64,000 nucleotides of DNA, taken from positions 96,001-160,000 of IMG/VR virus record IMGVR_UViG_3300049137_000157. One strand, given 5' to 3'. Both the position numbers and the translations under genes were made by a program. The notes under the pieces were generated by a model that worked only from the letters and a program-made list of their open reading frames with translations, did not search any database and was not told the origin of the DNA. Shown one piece after another: positions 46,950 through 55,916 of this stretch. This DNA is from a virus. Within the stretch, counting starts at the first letter, position 1. Each line of letters starts with the position of its first letter.

Positions 46950-47339
46950 ATGGCCGATATTTCGAGCCTGACCGACAACCAGATCGAAGCACTGCTGGAA
47001 CGAGCGGAGTATGACAGCGAGGCGCGAATCCTGGGTTTCGTCTGGGGCGGTGACCCTGTGCGGTCTTACGGATTCATCAAGGATGCCCCGGACTGGTGCA
47101 CGGGCTACCACGCCTCAGGCGATCTGGTGACCCGAGACTGGTTCCGGCTGGCCGTGAAGGAACTCCGGAAAAGCCGGGGCAGCCTTCTCGGGGACGAGCC
47201 CCGGGTTGTCCGCGCATACTGGGACACTGTGCGGAACGATCCCTCCGAGTGGTCCAACGAGACCGTCCTGACCCTGGCCTGCGTCGCACCCTTCCTCGGG
47301 GTCATGCAGGACATGGTGGACTCGGGTTGGGGCGACTGA
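46950..47339 (+). CDS. Hypothetical protein
   Basis: 129 aa. Confidence 0.55.
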   Translation: MADISSLTDNQIEALLERAEYDSEARILGFVWGGDPVRSYGFIKDAPDWCTGYHASGDLVTRDWFRLAVKELRKSRGSLLGDEPRVVRAYWDTVRNDPSEWSNETVLTLACVAPFLGVMQDMVDSGWGD

Positions 47340-47365
47340 ACGAAAAGGAAAAGGGAGGGTGAAGC

Positions 47366-47779
47366 ATGCTCAGTGCTGAACTGATCGAACAGGAACCGAC
47401 GGCACTCACTCCGCAGGACCTGACTCCGGACCTCGGCTGCTACGAAGCCGGATACGACCCGGCCCTGCTTGGCGGCAGCCACACGCTGGCGGACCTGGTC
47501 CGAGCTTCCCGGAATGGGGGGAACCCGCGATGCCGCGAGACCGGCCTCGTGGTCTCTTGCGACTGCTCTCGCTGGTGGGGTACCCGAGGTGCCCGCGTCT
47601 GGCTCCCGTGCTGCGGCAAGGAGCGCCGCAGGGTGCAGAACCGTCAGGTGCTCGTCTGTCCAGAATGCCGAGTCCAGTGGCGCTACCACTATCTCGACAC
47701 CGGGGATCACGTCTTCGTGTCTCTCGGGGTCAAGGCCAAGAAGACCAAGAAGGTCAGGATCCCGAGGTCGCGCCGATGA
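47366..47779 (+). CDS. Cys-rich hypothetical protein
   Basis: Several Cys pairs including CPEC; GGAGG RBS. Confidence 0.55.
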   Translation: MLSAELIEQEPTALTPQDLTPDLGCYEAGYDPALLGGSHTLADLVRASRNGGNPRCRETGLVVSCDCSRWWGTRGARVWLPCCGKERRRVQNRQVLVCPECRVQWRYHYLDTGDHVFVSLGVKAKKTKKVRIPRSRR

Positions 47780-48216
47780 ACGATCCGCAGCATCTCCTCG
47801 ACTGGCTGCTTGCAACCATCCGAGAACGGGAAGAGGCCGCAACGGCTGCGGCTCGACACTATGGCGGACGATGGGTGCGGGGAATCCCGGAGCGTCACAA
47901 GGACCCTGGTCTTCGCTACGGATGGGACGAGGACTGGGTGCATCTGTCCGAGACGGATCCCCACCTCGGCTACCAGTGCTTCAGCGACGAGATTGCCGTA
48001 CTGACGGTTCTTCACGACTCCGAGTCGGTTCTGCGTCGCTGCAAGTCCGACCGGAAGCTCCTCGAACTCCACGGAGGTCGAGGACACGGATGTCCCACCT
48101 ACGACTACGACGGGGACCTGGACGAATTCGCCCGGTTCTACAACCATGAAGTCTGTCCAGTGATCAGCTCCCTCGCGGAGTCATATGGCTGGCGGGAAGG
48201 AGAGGGGGAGACGTGA
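47776..48216 (+). CDS. DUF6221-like phage protein
   Basis: LLDWLLATIREREEAA...VLRRCKSDRKLLELH...CPVISSLAESY. Confidence 0.65.
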   Translation: MNDPQHLLDWLLATIREREEAATAAARHYGGRWVRGIPERHKDPGLRYGWDEDWVHLSETDPHLGYQCFSDEIAVLTVLHDSESVLRRCKSDRKLLELHGGRGHGCPTYDYDGDLDEFARFYNHEVCPVISSLAESYGWREGEGET

Positions 48217-48428
48217 ACGACGACGACCTGTGCACTTCGGAATACCCCGGCGACAGCAACTTCGCCGGACATCTCTGCAACCTGAAGGACAAGCACGAGG
48301 GCAACCATCTGGCACGTGGCATGGTCGGCCCCGGCTGGCGAATGGTCCTCGTCTGGACGCAGGACGGCAAGATCCTCCCGTACGTCATGGAGAACACGGA
48401 CGGAGCGAACCATGACCTCCTCCCCTGA
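48213..48428 (+). CDS. Small Cys/His protein
   Basis: C...HLC...H..NH; coupled. Confidence 0.55.
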   Translation: MNDDDLCTSEYPGDSNFAGHLCNLKDKHEGNHLARGMVGPGWRMVLVWTQDGKILPYVMENTDGANHDLLP

Positions 48429-48741
48429 GAGGCGCACTCGCTGGCCTGCCGCCTTGCACCTTCAGCAGGCCGCAGATCGCGCCCGGGAGACCCTGCCGGA
48501 GTTCGAGACCAGTACGGGGGCTCTTGTTCAGCCGATCGCCGACTGGTTCGACAGAATGGCCAACAACCTCGCGGCGTGGGCCCCGTACCGCGACCACGAG
48601 GGCGGCTACAAATATTGGCAGATGGCGACACGGATGGCCCATGCCGCCCTCGATCTGGAAGTCGAGGCTGACGTCTGTTCGGTCTGCCACACGCATACCT
48701 GGCCGGGCCCCCCGTCTCCCCTAAAAGAGGAGTCACGGTGA
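48412..48741 (+). CDS. Hypothetical protein
   Basis: Coupled chain. Confidence 0.5.
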   Translation: MTSSPERRTRWPAALHLQQAADRARETLPEFETSTGALVQPIADWFDRMANNLAAWAPYRDHEGGYKYWQMATRMAHAALDLEVEADVCSVCHTHTWPGPPSPLKEESR

Positions 48742-49025
48742 ACCATCCCGACGTTGCCGTTGTCGACTGCCACAGCATCGAACTCGACAACGGCGAGAAC
48801 CTCCGCCATCTCGGCGAAGGGAACTACCTGGAGCTGGACAAACACGTGGCAGGTCTCCGGCCCGGTACGTGGCTCGTCACCGGCTACCTGGGTGAGTACA
48901 AGGACCAGGCGACCCTCCGCCGACTCACTCACGAGGAGATCGAAGCGGCTTGGCGCAGCGTTGCCCCGTTCGTCGCCATCCTCGAAGAACACCTGTCGGA
49001 CCTGGCAACGCCGGAGTCGGGATGA
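48738..49025 (+). CDS. Hypothetical protein
   Basis: GAGGAG RBS; coupled. Confidence 0.55.
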   Translation: MNHPDVAVVDCHSIELDNGENLRHLGEGNYLELDKHVAGLRPGTWLVTGYLGEYKDQATLRRLTHEEIEAAWRSVAPFVAILEEHLSDLATPESG

Positions 49026-49282
49026 GTCGTTGCACCTGCGGTCAAATCGCCCTCGGGGCGATCGCGATTGACGTCCACAATTGGGATCCAAGCTGTGTCG
49101 AACACGGAATCGCTTCGACCTGGTGGAACTCGACAGATCAGCAATCTGCGCGTGCGATCAGGCGTGAACAGTCGATCGATCTTCAGCGTCGTGCACGAGA
49201 CGTCCGCAGATCAGCTACGTGGGCGAGAGTATCGGCCAGTCATGAAACGCAGGAACCTGCGGAAAGGGAGAAGAGGGCGTGA
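49022..49282 (+). CDS. Hypothetical protein
   Basis: CTCG..HNW..C..HG; coupled. Confidence 0.5.
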   Translation: MSRCTCGQIALGAIAIDVHNWDPSCVEHGIASTWWNSTDQQSARAIRREQSIDLQRRARDVRRSATWARVSASHETQEPAEREKRA

Positions 49283-49545
49283 CAGAAAAGACAGGCAAGC
49301 GCGACAGGAGCCCGGCGGACACCCTGGCGGACGCAGCCAAGTTCTTGCGGGAAATGAGGATGATCTCCAGCGCGTTCACCACCAACAGCTCGACAGCTCG
49401 TTACCTGTCCGCGCGAAAGGCCGTTGCTCTCGTTCTCCAGAGCGCGGCAGACGCCTGGGCCGAAGACCCCGACAACCACCCGGCAAACGACCATGAGGGG
49501 GATCTGCTGGCCCTTGCCGAAGACCTGATCAGGGAGGACGGGTGA
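49279..49545 (+). CDS. Hypothetical protein
   Basis: Coupled chain. Confidence 0.5.
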   Translation: MTEKTGKRDRSPADTLADAAKFLREMRMISSAFTTNSSTARYLSARKAVALVLQSAADAWAEDPDNHPANDHEGDLLALAEDLIREDG

Positions 49546-49907
49546 ACCCCACCGACGAGCTTCAGAAAGCCGCTGCCAAGCTCCGCAAGCTGGCAGAAGA
49601 AGCAACCTCCGGTTCCTGGCGACGCATCGGCAAGGGCTATCCCCACATCCTCGCGCAAGGAGAAGGGGGGCAGTACGTCGAGGAATCGGAAGGGTTGATC
49701 TCCACCAACCTCTCGGGAAACCCCGACGCCGACGCCCTGTACATCGAGGTCATGCAGCCGCGTGCCGGTCTCTCTCTAGCGACATGGCTCGACGTGGAGG
49801 CCGCTACATGGGCCGGGGATGAGGTGCACTACGCCTGCAAGCCTGGCACTTGCACTCAGGAAGCCGCGCTCGACTTCGCGCGCATGATCAACGGAGGAGA
49901 AGAGTGA
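49542..49907 (+). CDS. Hypothetical protein (Ead/Ea22-like N-terminus)
   Basis: LRKLAEEATSGSW..NPDADALYIEVMQP..LATWL. Confidence 0.6.
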   Translation: MNPTDELQKAAAKLRKLAEEATSGSWRRIGKGYPHILAQGEGGQYVEESEGLISTNLSGNPDADALYIEVMQPRAGLSLATWLDVEAATWAGDEVHYACKPGTCTQEAALDFARMINGGEE

Positions 49908-50188
49908 CCCCCGTCGAGACACTGCGGTCAGCAGCCGACCGCCTGGAGTCTCTTGCCAAAGCGGCGCAGAAGGATCTGGAGACCGACGACTTCTGGGCGT
50001 GCTACAACCCGGCCACCGCCTGGCGGGACGGCATGACCAATGGCATGGGGGGTGTCACGGGAGATCTGGCCGGGGCGATACCTCCCGCAGCCGTCGCCCA
50101 TCTGGTGCACTGGCTGCGAGCGGAAGCCAGACAGCCCAGCGCCAGCCCGTACGCTCTGGCCTTCGCCAGCCGGATCCACGGAACCTGA
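49904..50188 (+). CDS. Hypothetical protein, paralogue-like to the preceding gene
   Basis: LRSAADRLESLA..LVHWLRAEA..ALAFASRI. Confidence 0.55.
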   Translation: MTPVETLRSAADRLESLAKAAQKDLETDDFWACYNPATAWRDGMTNGMGGVTGDLAGAIPPAAVAHLVHWLRAEARQPSASPYALAFASRIHGT

Positions 50189-50196
50189 ACACGAAT

Positions 50197-50230
50197 AAGG
50201 GCGGCCTCCGAGTGGAGGGAGGCCGCCCTT
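50197..50230. terminator. Terminator between convergent genes
   Basis: aagggcggcctcc...ggaggccgccctt. Confidence 0.7.
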
Positions 50231-50361
50231 GCGTTTCACGGAAAACCCGGCTTGAGCCACTTTCGTGGATGCCGATCTACTGGGCCTGGGCCGTTCAGTC
50301 GGCAGACGGACTTTCCTGGGAACTACCGTAACACGACTGGGAGTTTATTCGGTACAAGTTT

Positions 50362-51147
50362 TCACCACTTGCGGGGATCGCACGACCTGCCGAGCTTGTT
50401 CCAGGCGTCGTCGAACCACGTGTTGGCCTGATCGAACCACAGGTGGTCGTACCTCTCCCGCTGGGGGTCCCTGGAGAACTGCCTGTCGTTCCGAGGGTGA
50501 TGGAACAACACGAGACCCGATCCCGTCGATTCGTCCGGTTGGACCGGGTGATAACCGAAGAAGACGTCCTCTTTGTTGACAATGCCGAGCATGAAGAACT
50601 GGGTTCCGTCGTGCACTCGCACCTGGGCACCCCCGTCCCGGATCAGCCCAAGCGTCTTCAGGTTGTCGACGAAGGTGACGATGCCGCGAAGGCTCTCCTC
50701 CACGTCGAACAGGGTCGACTCCGGCACGAGGATACGGATGAGAATGTTCTCCGGGGTGAACCGTCCAGAGCGGACTCCCTCGAAAGGTTCTCGAAGAGCT
50801 TTGCGGAGCACCTCGGTGGAAGGGCCCGCGAAGTCGATCAGCACGTTCGCGCGGGAGAAGGCCGCCTGGATGCAGGGCTGGAACCCCTCGGCAACCCCGG
50901 ATTCCTCTCGGACGAAAGATCCACTGCCTTGGATCGAGTAGATCAAGTCCTGATCTTCGAGGACTCGAAGGGCTCGCTGGACCGTTGCCCGCGCGAAACC
51001 GTAGTGATTCGTCAGTTCCGACTGAGAAGGGAGCTTCCCTCCGGGTGCGATTTTCTTGGTGAGAATGGCCGCTCGTAGGCCATGGAGCACTTGCTCGTAT
51101 GGCGCGCGGCTGTCGTCGGGATCCCGAGGTGCAAGGGGAGAAGTCAT
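50362..51147 (-). CDS. GntR-family transcriptional regulator
   Basis: YEQV..LRAAI..G.KLPSQSEL..YGFARATVQRAL..L..GSGSFV. Confidence 0.88.
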   Translation of the reverse strand: MTSPLAPRDPDDSRAPYEQVLHGLRAAILTKKIAPGGKLPSQSELTNHYGFARATVQRALRVLEDQDLIYSIQGSGSFVREESGVAEGFQPCIQAAFSRANVLIDFAGPSTEVLRKALREPFEGVRSGRFTPENILIRILVPESTLFDVEESLRGIVTFVDNLKTLGLIRDGGAQVRVHDGTQFFMLGIVNKEDVFFGYHPVQPDESTGSGLVLFHHPRNDRQFSRDPQRERYDHLWFDQANTWFDDAWNKLGRSCDPRKW

Positions 51148-51195
51148 ACCTCGGGATCCTAGACATGCTTGGCTAGCCTGGCCAGCCAGGTCGAG

Positions 51196-51486
51196 TCACC
51201 CTTCGCGCTCCGGCCAATGCCAGGTCCCACCTCGACGATCTTTTGGTGCCTGTGAGCAGGTCTTTCCCCCGAGGGCCTCGTACTGGAAACACCCCCCTAC
51301 CGCCAGCGGATGAAGGAAGTCGCCGGTCGGATTGAATACATGCAGACCCACTTGCATCGGCTCTTCGGGGTTGACCTCGGTCACGATTGCCGACCGACAC
51401 GTCGCCACATACGCCTGAGTTCCATCTTCCCGGACAGGCGTGCCATGGGAAACGTAGTGAACTATGCGCCCAATGCTCGGATTCAC
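51196..51486 (-). CDS. Conserved-looking phage hypothetical protein
   Basis: PSIGRIVHY...AIVTEV...VFNPTG...GTWHWPER. Confidence 0.65.
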   Translation of the reverse strand: MNPSIGRIVHYVSHGTPVREDGTQAYVATCRSAIVTEVNPEEPMQVGLHVFNPTGDFLHPLAVGGCFQYEALGGKTCSQAPKDRRGGTWHWPEREG

Positions 51487-51504
51487 CAGTTCAGCTCCTT
51501 TGCG

Positions 51505-52167
51505 TCAGCTAGCCAGCTTACGCGGTGGCTGAACTCGAAGAACCTCCCACAAAGGACTCTGTCCGGCCGCCCACATTGCCAGGGCATTCCGATCCACCAC
51601 ATAGAGTCCGTGCGTCTGAGCGAACGTCCAGGCAGGTTTCGTGACCCGGCCGTTCGTCAACATCACCGGGATGTCCGCGCCGTGCACGGGTCGAGCGGTT
51701 CCGTTCAGGGTCTGCATGTCGTGACCACCCACGGGGGAGCCCTGGGCCCCCTGCCGACGGTGCTTGCACTGGATCACCCACCGACGACCGAACGGATCCG
51801 TGGCGATCACGTCGGCACCCTGATCTCCAGCGCCACCCACCCGTCGGGCATCCCGGCAGCCGTCTCGGAACATCAGATCCCGGACGGCATCCTCGAACTG
51901 ACTGTGATGCAGGGAGTCCATCATTGTCAGCTCGTAGCGCAGGCCGCGCGCACGGACGCGGTCCCACTCCCTCTGCTGGTGTCGCAAATACCAGCGGGCC
52001 CCAACCACCCCGCCACCCACAAGCAAGGCGACGAGAATGATCCAGGGGCGCTCTGCGATCCACCGCAGAATCGCGATGACGACCACGACCCCCAGAACGA
52101 GAAGGGCTACGGCTCCGGAGTCGAACTGACCGGACTTGCGGCCCCGCCTGCGCTTCCTCTTCGTCAC
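51505..52167 (-). CDS. Membrane-anchored Mrr-like (PD-(D/E)xK) endonuclease
   Basis: Two N-terminal TM segments; FED..GG.GDQGADV..VIQCKH. Confidence 0.82.
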   Translation of the reverse strand: MTKRKRRRGRKSGQFDSGAVALLVLGVVVVIAILRWIAERPWIILVALLVGGGVVGARWYLRHQQREWDRVRARGLRYELTMMDSLHHSQFEDAVRDLMFRDGCRDARRVGGAGDQGADVIATDPFGRRWVIQCKHRRQGAQGSPVGGHDMQTLNGTARPVHGADIPVMLTNGRVTKPAWTFAQTHGLYVVDRNALAMWAAGQSPLWEVLRVQPPRKLAS

Positions 52168-52424
52168 CGTCCACCTCCCGAGAGATCCACCGGATAGGAG
52201 ACCTTCGGCATCGGGGGCGACGAGGGAAAGTTCTCCAGCTTGACCGGATAGACGGTCTGACCCCGAGGGGTGTTCGCCCTCCCGGGGCTGACACTGCTCA
52301 TCCCGATCACCAGCAGACCGATCGAGACGAAGATAGCCGCCTGTCGTTTACCTCCGGGCCAGTCGCGACTGTACGCGGCGACCTTCGTCCCACTGGCTTT
52401 GATGTGCGCCTTGACGCTTACCAT
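52164..52424 (-). CDS. Small membrane protein
   Basis: One TM segment; 4-bp overlap with the Mrr-like gene. Confidence 0.55.
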   Translation of the reverse strand: MVSVKAHIKASGTKVAAYSRDWPGGKRQAAIFVSIGLLVIGMSSVSPGRANTPRGQTVYPVKLENFPSSPPMPKVSYPVDLSGGGR

Positions 52425-52516
52425 CGGACCCCCCAGACCCGAGTTGAACAGAATGGCAACGTTGAGTATCTCAGCAGTTCTTACGCAAGAACAGCGGAAT
52501 CTGGGGGTCCGAAGGT

Positions 52517-53080
52517 CTACTTCACTTCTTGCACCAAAATATCCCGATTCGTCCAGGACGTCTTACGCTGAAGGAGACGGAACTCGGTGCCGGACTTCCG
52601 AAGCTGGGGGAGCAGCAGCACGCCCTTCCTGACCTCTTCGTCGTCCTCGTTCATGTCGTCCGCGAGGAGCAGCGCCGGACGTGCAGCCAGCTTCAGCGCC
52701 AGCCGGTAGTCCTCCAGGACGACGTCGGCATCGTTCGCTCCGTCCAGGTAGAGGATGTCGAACTCGGCCTCCTGGGCGATCAAGTCCAGCATCCTGCTGT
52801 GCGAGTCCCCCTGGAGGAGGGTGCACGTGGAGATGCAGGACTTGCCGCGCTCCTCCATCACGCGCTGGGCGACCGAGGTGTCCAGGTCGATGCCGGTGTA
52901 GGTGCCGCCGTACTCCATGGCCAGCGTCATCAGCGCCGGAGTGGAGTGACCGTCCCCGTCCGCGTACTCGACGCGGGCGTCACGGATGACGCCGACTTCG
53001 AGAATTCGGGGCGAGGACTTGCCGGTGCGCCGGAGGAATTCCGGAATCTCCGTGCGGAATATGTCTTCGATCGTGGTCAC
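52517..53080 (-). CDS. Class I SAM-dependent methyltransferase
   Basis: ILEVG, YTGID, GDS, DILYLDGAN, LLADD. Confidence 0.82.
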   Translation of the reverse strand: MTTIEDIFRTEIPEFLRRTGKSSPRILEVGVIRDARVEYADGDGHSTPALMTLAMEYGGTYTGIDLDTSVAQRVMEERGKSCISTCTLLQGDSHSRMLDLIAQEAEFDILYLDGANDADVVLEDYRLALKLAARPALLLADDMNEDDEEVRKGVLLLPQLRKSGTEFRLLQRKTSWTNRDILVQEVK

Positions 53081-53096
53081 GGAAAAAGAGTACTTC

Positions 53097-53678
53097 TTAC
53101 TCGACTACCTCACCCTCAATGATGGGGCGAAGCTCCACCGGTCCGGCCCCTCCACCCATGGCGACAAGAGCGGCCGAGTTCTGTGCGATGGCATCAGCGG
53201 CCATGGCCGGGAAAGTCTGATTCCACATCTCCTCGACCGAGTCCCGGGCCTCGTCCGGAATGATTTCGATGATCTTCTCCAGCATCCCGACCCGGATCAC
53301 GTCGATACAGGTGGTCACAAGCTGGGTCTGCGCCTGGGTCAACCGAACCTGTTCATCGCGCAGACGGTCCTTCTTCAAGTCCATCAGTTCAGTGATCTCA
53401 CGGACTGTGTCGATCAAGTTCTTGACGTTGCGTCCCTGGGTGAGAAGGTCACCCGCCATCACCTGATTCCAGAGCGCGGTGATGACGTGCTCCAGACGTC
53501 GGAGCTGAAGCATGCGCATCTGAACGACGGACATGGACGTCGCCTGCTGCTCCAGGTACGCCGTCATCCGCTCGTGGACGGCCTCGATCTCCATGCCGAC
53601 ACGGGCGGAGATCTGCGCCAGCGTCATGCCCTGAGCGGCGTAGTCCACCATGACTTCGGCGAGAGAGTCATGCGCCAT
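53097..53678 (-). CDS. Probable terminase small subunit
   Basis: N-terminal HTH (GMTLAQISARVGMEIEAV), long helical core, acidic tail; same strand as and upstream of TerL. Inferred. Confidence 0.5.
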   Translation of the reverse strand: MAHDSLAEVMVDYAAQGMTLAQISARVGMEIEAVHERMTAYLEQQATSMSVVQMRMLQLRRLEHVITALWNQVMAGDLLTQGRNVKNLIDTVREITELMDLKKDRLRDEQVRLTQAQTQLVTTCIDVIRVGMLEKIIEIIPDEARDSVEEMWNQTFPAMAADAIAQNSAALVAMGGGAGPVELRPIIEGEVVE

Positions 53679-53767
53679 GAAGGATCCTTTCCGTCTGACG
53701 AAGTACTTCTATTGTCAGACTCCTTGTCGTATGCTTGATGGACGGAAAGACTTCAGGAGGAGAAAAC

Positions 53768-53995
53768 GTGAGCAACAGCAAGCCCGGTCTCCACCGAGCG
53801 ACCGTCAACTTCTCATCCCGTTCCTGGCAGGCAGTCGAGCACGCCATGGAACTGCGAGGAGACAGCCAGACCGAGGTCCTCAACTTGGCAGCACGGGTTC
53901 TCGACCACATCGAGACCCAGCAGCACACCCGAGGCAAGGTCCTCTTCTGGGGTGATCCGGACGGAAGCAACCTGGAGCGTCTTCACATTCTGTGA
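53768..53995 (+). CDS. Small RHH-like DNA-binding protein
   Basis: RATVNFSSRSWQAVE...SQTEVLNLA. Confidence 0.5.
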   Translation: MSNSKPGLHRATVNFSSRSWQAVEHAMELRGDSQTEVLNLAARVLDHIETQQHTRGKVLFWGDPDGSNLERLHIL

Positions 53996-54006
53996 AAGAC
54001 GGTCGG

Positions 54007-54198
54007 CTACCGGACACTACGCTTCCGAGGGATCGACGAGGACTCCCTGTCCTCGCGTCCCCGTCGATCCCTCTTCACCACCTGGATGCCATTCTGATAG
54101 ATCGGGTGGTTGATGCCGTCCAGCAGGCGTTCGTACCAGTCGGCGACCATGTCGTTGTCCAGGTCCACCCGGATGACCAGTTCCTGCATGTCGCTCAC
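54007..54198 (-). CDS. Hypothetical protein
   Basis: Coupled to the upstream stop at 54195. Confidence 0.45.
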   Translation of the reverse strand: MSDMQELVIRVDLDNDMVADWYERLLDGINHPIYQNGIQVVKRDRRGREDRESSSIPRKRSVR

Positions 54199-54932
54199 TT
54201 CTCCGTTTCGTCGACGGACTTCAGGGCCTCTGGGGTCGTATCCCTCAGCGCGTCGCACATGCCGCAGGAGTAGGGGAGGTCCGTTCGGCCCTGAACCAGG
54301 CATTCCTCCAGGTGTCGCTGACGGACGAGAGTCAGAGTTCCCTCGGCCAAGCGGGCTCGCGACAGGAACTGATCTCGCTCCGCACGGGCGATGTCCCGCT
54401 GGGCGAACACCCCGACCCCCCGACCCGCCTCGTCACCAGCGATTTCCACCGGCACGTATGCAAGTCCGAGGCGCACTGCGATACGAAGTCGGTGATGGCC
54501 ATCCCACAGTCGACCGTCCGACCCGATCAACACCGGCATGGTGATGCCGTTCTCCCGGATTCGTCGCTCCAGGGCGTCCAGATATCCGGTCTGGGCGTGA
54601 CGGCGGTCGAGATCGGCCCACTCCTCGGCCCACGACCAGTCCCGGGATCCGCACCGGACTTCGGAGAGGACTCGGTCCAGCGGCCATACTTCGAGGCGTA
54701 CGTTGGAAGATTTCTCGGAGTCTTCCGCTCGCCACTTTCGCAGGTTCTTGGCGTAGACCACTCCGTACGCCAACGCCGAGGCGATGAATCCGTACTGCTC
54801 GGTAGTCAGCGCGTAGGCCATCCACAGGGCCTGCGCTCCTAAGCCGACCGCCCAGCCCAGACGGTTCCGGCGACCTGCCAGGTACAGCCCGAAAACCCCC
54901 ACTGCCGTGAGGAGCCAGCTCCAGAACTGCAT
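54195..54932 (-). CDS. PnuC-like membrane hairpin fused to a ParB/Srx-like domain
   Basis: WSWLLTAVGVFGLYLAG..GW..LW..YGF then GITMPVLI..LWDGHHRL; TGATG-coupled to the protease gene. Confidence 0.65.
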   Translation of the reverse strand: MQFWSWLLTAVGVFGLYLAGRRNRLGWAVGLGAQALWMAYALTTEQYGFIASALAYGVVYAKNLRKWRAEDSEKSSNVRLEVWPLDRVLSEVRCGSRDWSWAEEWADLDRRHAQTGYLDALERRIRENGITMPVLIGSDGRLWDGHHRLRIAVRLGLAYVPVEIAGDEAGRGVGVFAQRDIARAERDQFLSRARLAEGTLTLVRQRHLEECLVQGRTDLPYSCGMCDALRDTTPEALKSVDETEK

Positions 54933-55804
54933 CAGAAGGTGACACCTACCTCGGCCCAGGCATCCTTCACAGCCGGACCCATGTGGCCGCCGCCCGAGTG
55001 GTACCAGGTGCGGTATGCCATGTCGCGGAACGAGGCGTACGGGGTCATGTCGGCGAGAGCCTTCCGCCACATGGCCAGGGGGCGACCCCACGATTCTTCC
55101 CCGGTCGTCTCGCACAGCAGGGCGAAGGCCCGGTTCGGGATTCCGGAGTTGATGTGCACACCGCCGTCGTCGAAGGAGCCTTCGACGTAGTCCCTCATGT
55201 GTGCGGGCTGGGGGTCCTTGCCCATCGTGGGAGAGTCGTAGGCGGTACCGGGGTTCAGCATGTCCCGGACGCAGGTCGTTCCGTCGAGGAAGACTTCCTG
55301 TCCCATCTTCCAGTCGTGCGGGTTGCCGGAGAACTTCTGCTGGAGGCACACACCGAATACATCTGAGACGTGCTCGTTCAGCGCGCCGGACTGGGCTCGG
55401 TAGACCAGGTTCGGGCCGCGCGATACCAGGAAGTGTCCGAACTCGTGGGCGTAGACGTCCCGGGACTTGGTGAAATCACCGTAGATCTTGCCGTCCCCGG
55501 TGCCGAACACCAGGTAGGTGCCATCGAAGAAGGCGTTGGCGTAGTTCCTGCCGTAGTTGATGACGGCGTCGGGGCAGTCTTCGATTCCGAAGAGTTCCCA
55601 GGCTTCCTGCGAGTATTGCTCCAGACGCTCGGCCGCCTCGTCGGGAGAGTCCGCGCTCACCGGAACTCCGGGGAGTTTCGTCCGCCCGCGCGCATCGAAA
55701 ATGTGAGTCGGTCCGTCGACAGAAGGATCCTCGGCTCGCCAGGTTCGAGGCTTGATGTGTTCCGGCTTTCCGCCAAGGTGAGGCGGTATGAAAAAGCAGG
55801 TCAT
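54932..55804 (-). CDS. M4 (thermolysin/protealysin-like) zinc metalloprotease
   Basis: YANAFFDG, HEFGH, GALNEHVSD, DGGVHINSGIPNRAF; N-terminal CFFIPPHL propeptide motif. Confidence 0.92.
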   Translation of the reverse strand: MTCFFIPPHLGGKPEHIKPRTWRAEDPSVDGPTHIFDARGRTKLPGVPVSADSPDEAAERLEQYSQEAWELFGIEDCPDAVINYGRNYANAFFDGTYLVFGTGDGKIYGDFTKSRDVYAHEFGHFLVSRGPNLVYRAQSGALNEHVSDVFGVCLQQKFSGNPHDWKMGQEVFLDGTTCVRDMLNPGTAYDSPTMGKDPQPAHMRDYVEGSFDDGGVHINSGIPNRAFALLCETTGEESWGRPLAMWRKALADMTPYASFRDMAYRTWYHSGGGHMGPAVKDAWAEVGVTF

Positions 55805-55916
55805 GCGAGGAGTTTACGAGTCTCGTGCAAAGAATGGTGAGTAAGGTCAACATGCCTTACCTGCTTGAGAGTTGCTCCCGAACCACGATAGACTTCAGAT
55901 ACGGAGAGGGGGAGAA

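Noticed and set aside
52517-53080. DNA methyltransferase paired with the Mrr-like nuclease as an R-M system, or the graspetide isoaspartyl methyltransferase
   Set aside because: No DNA-MTase motif IV and no PIMT-type motifs or size; far from the RiPP genes.
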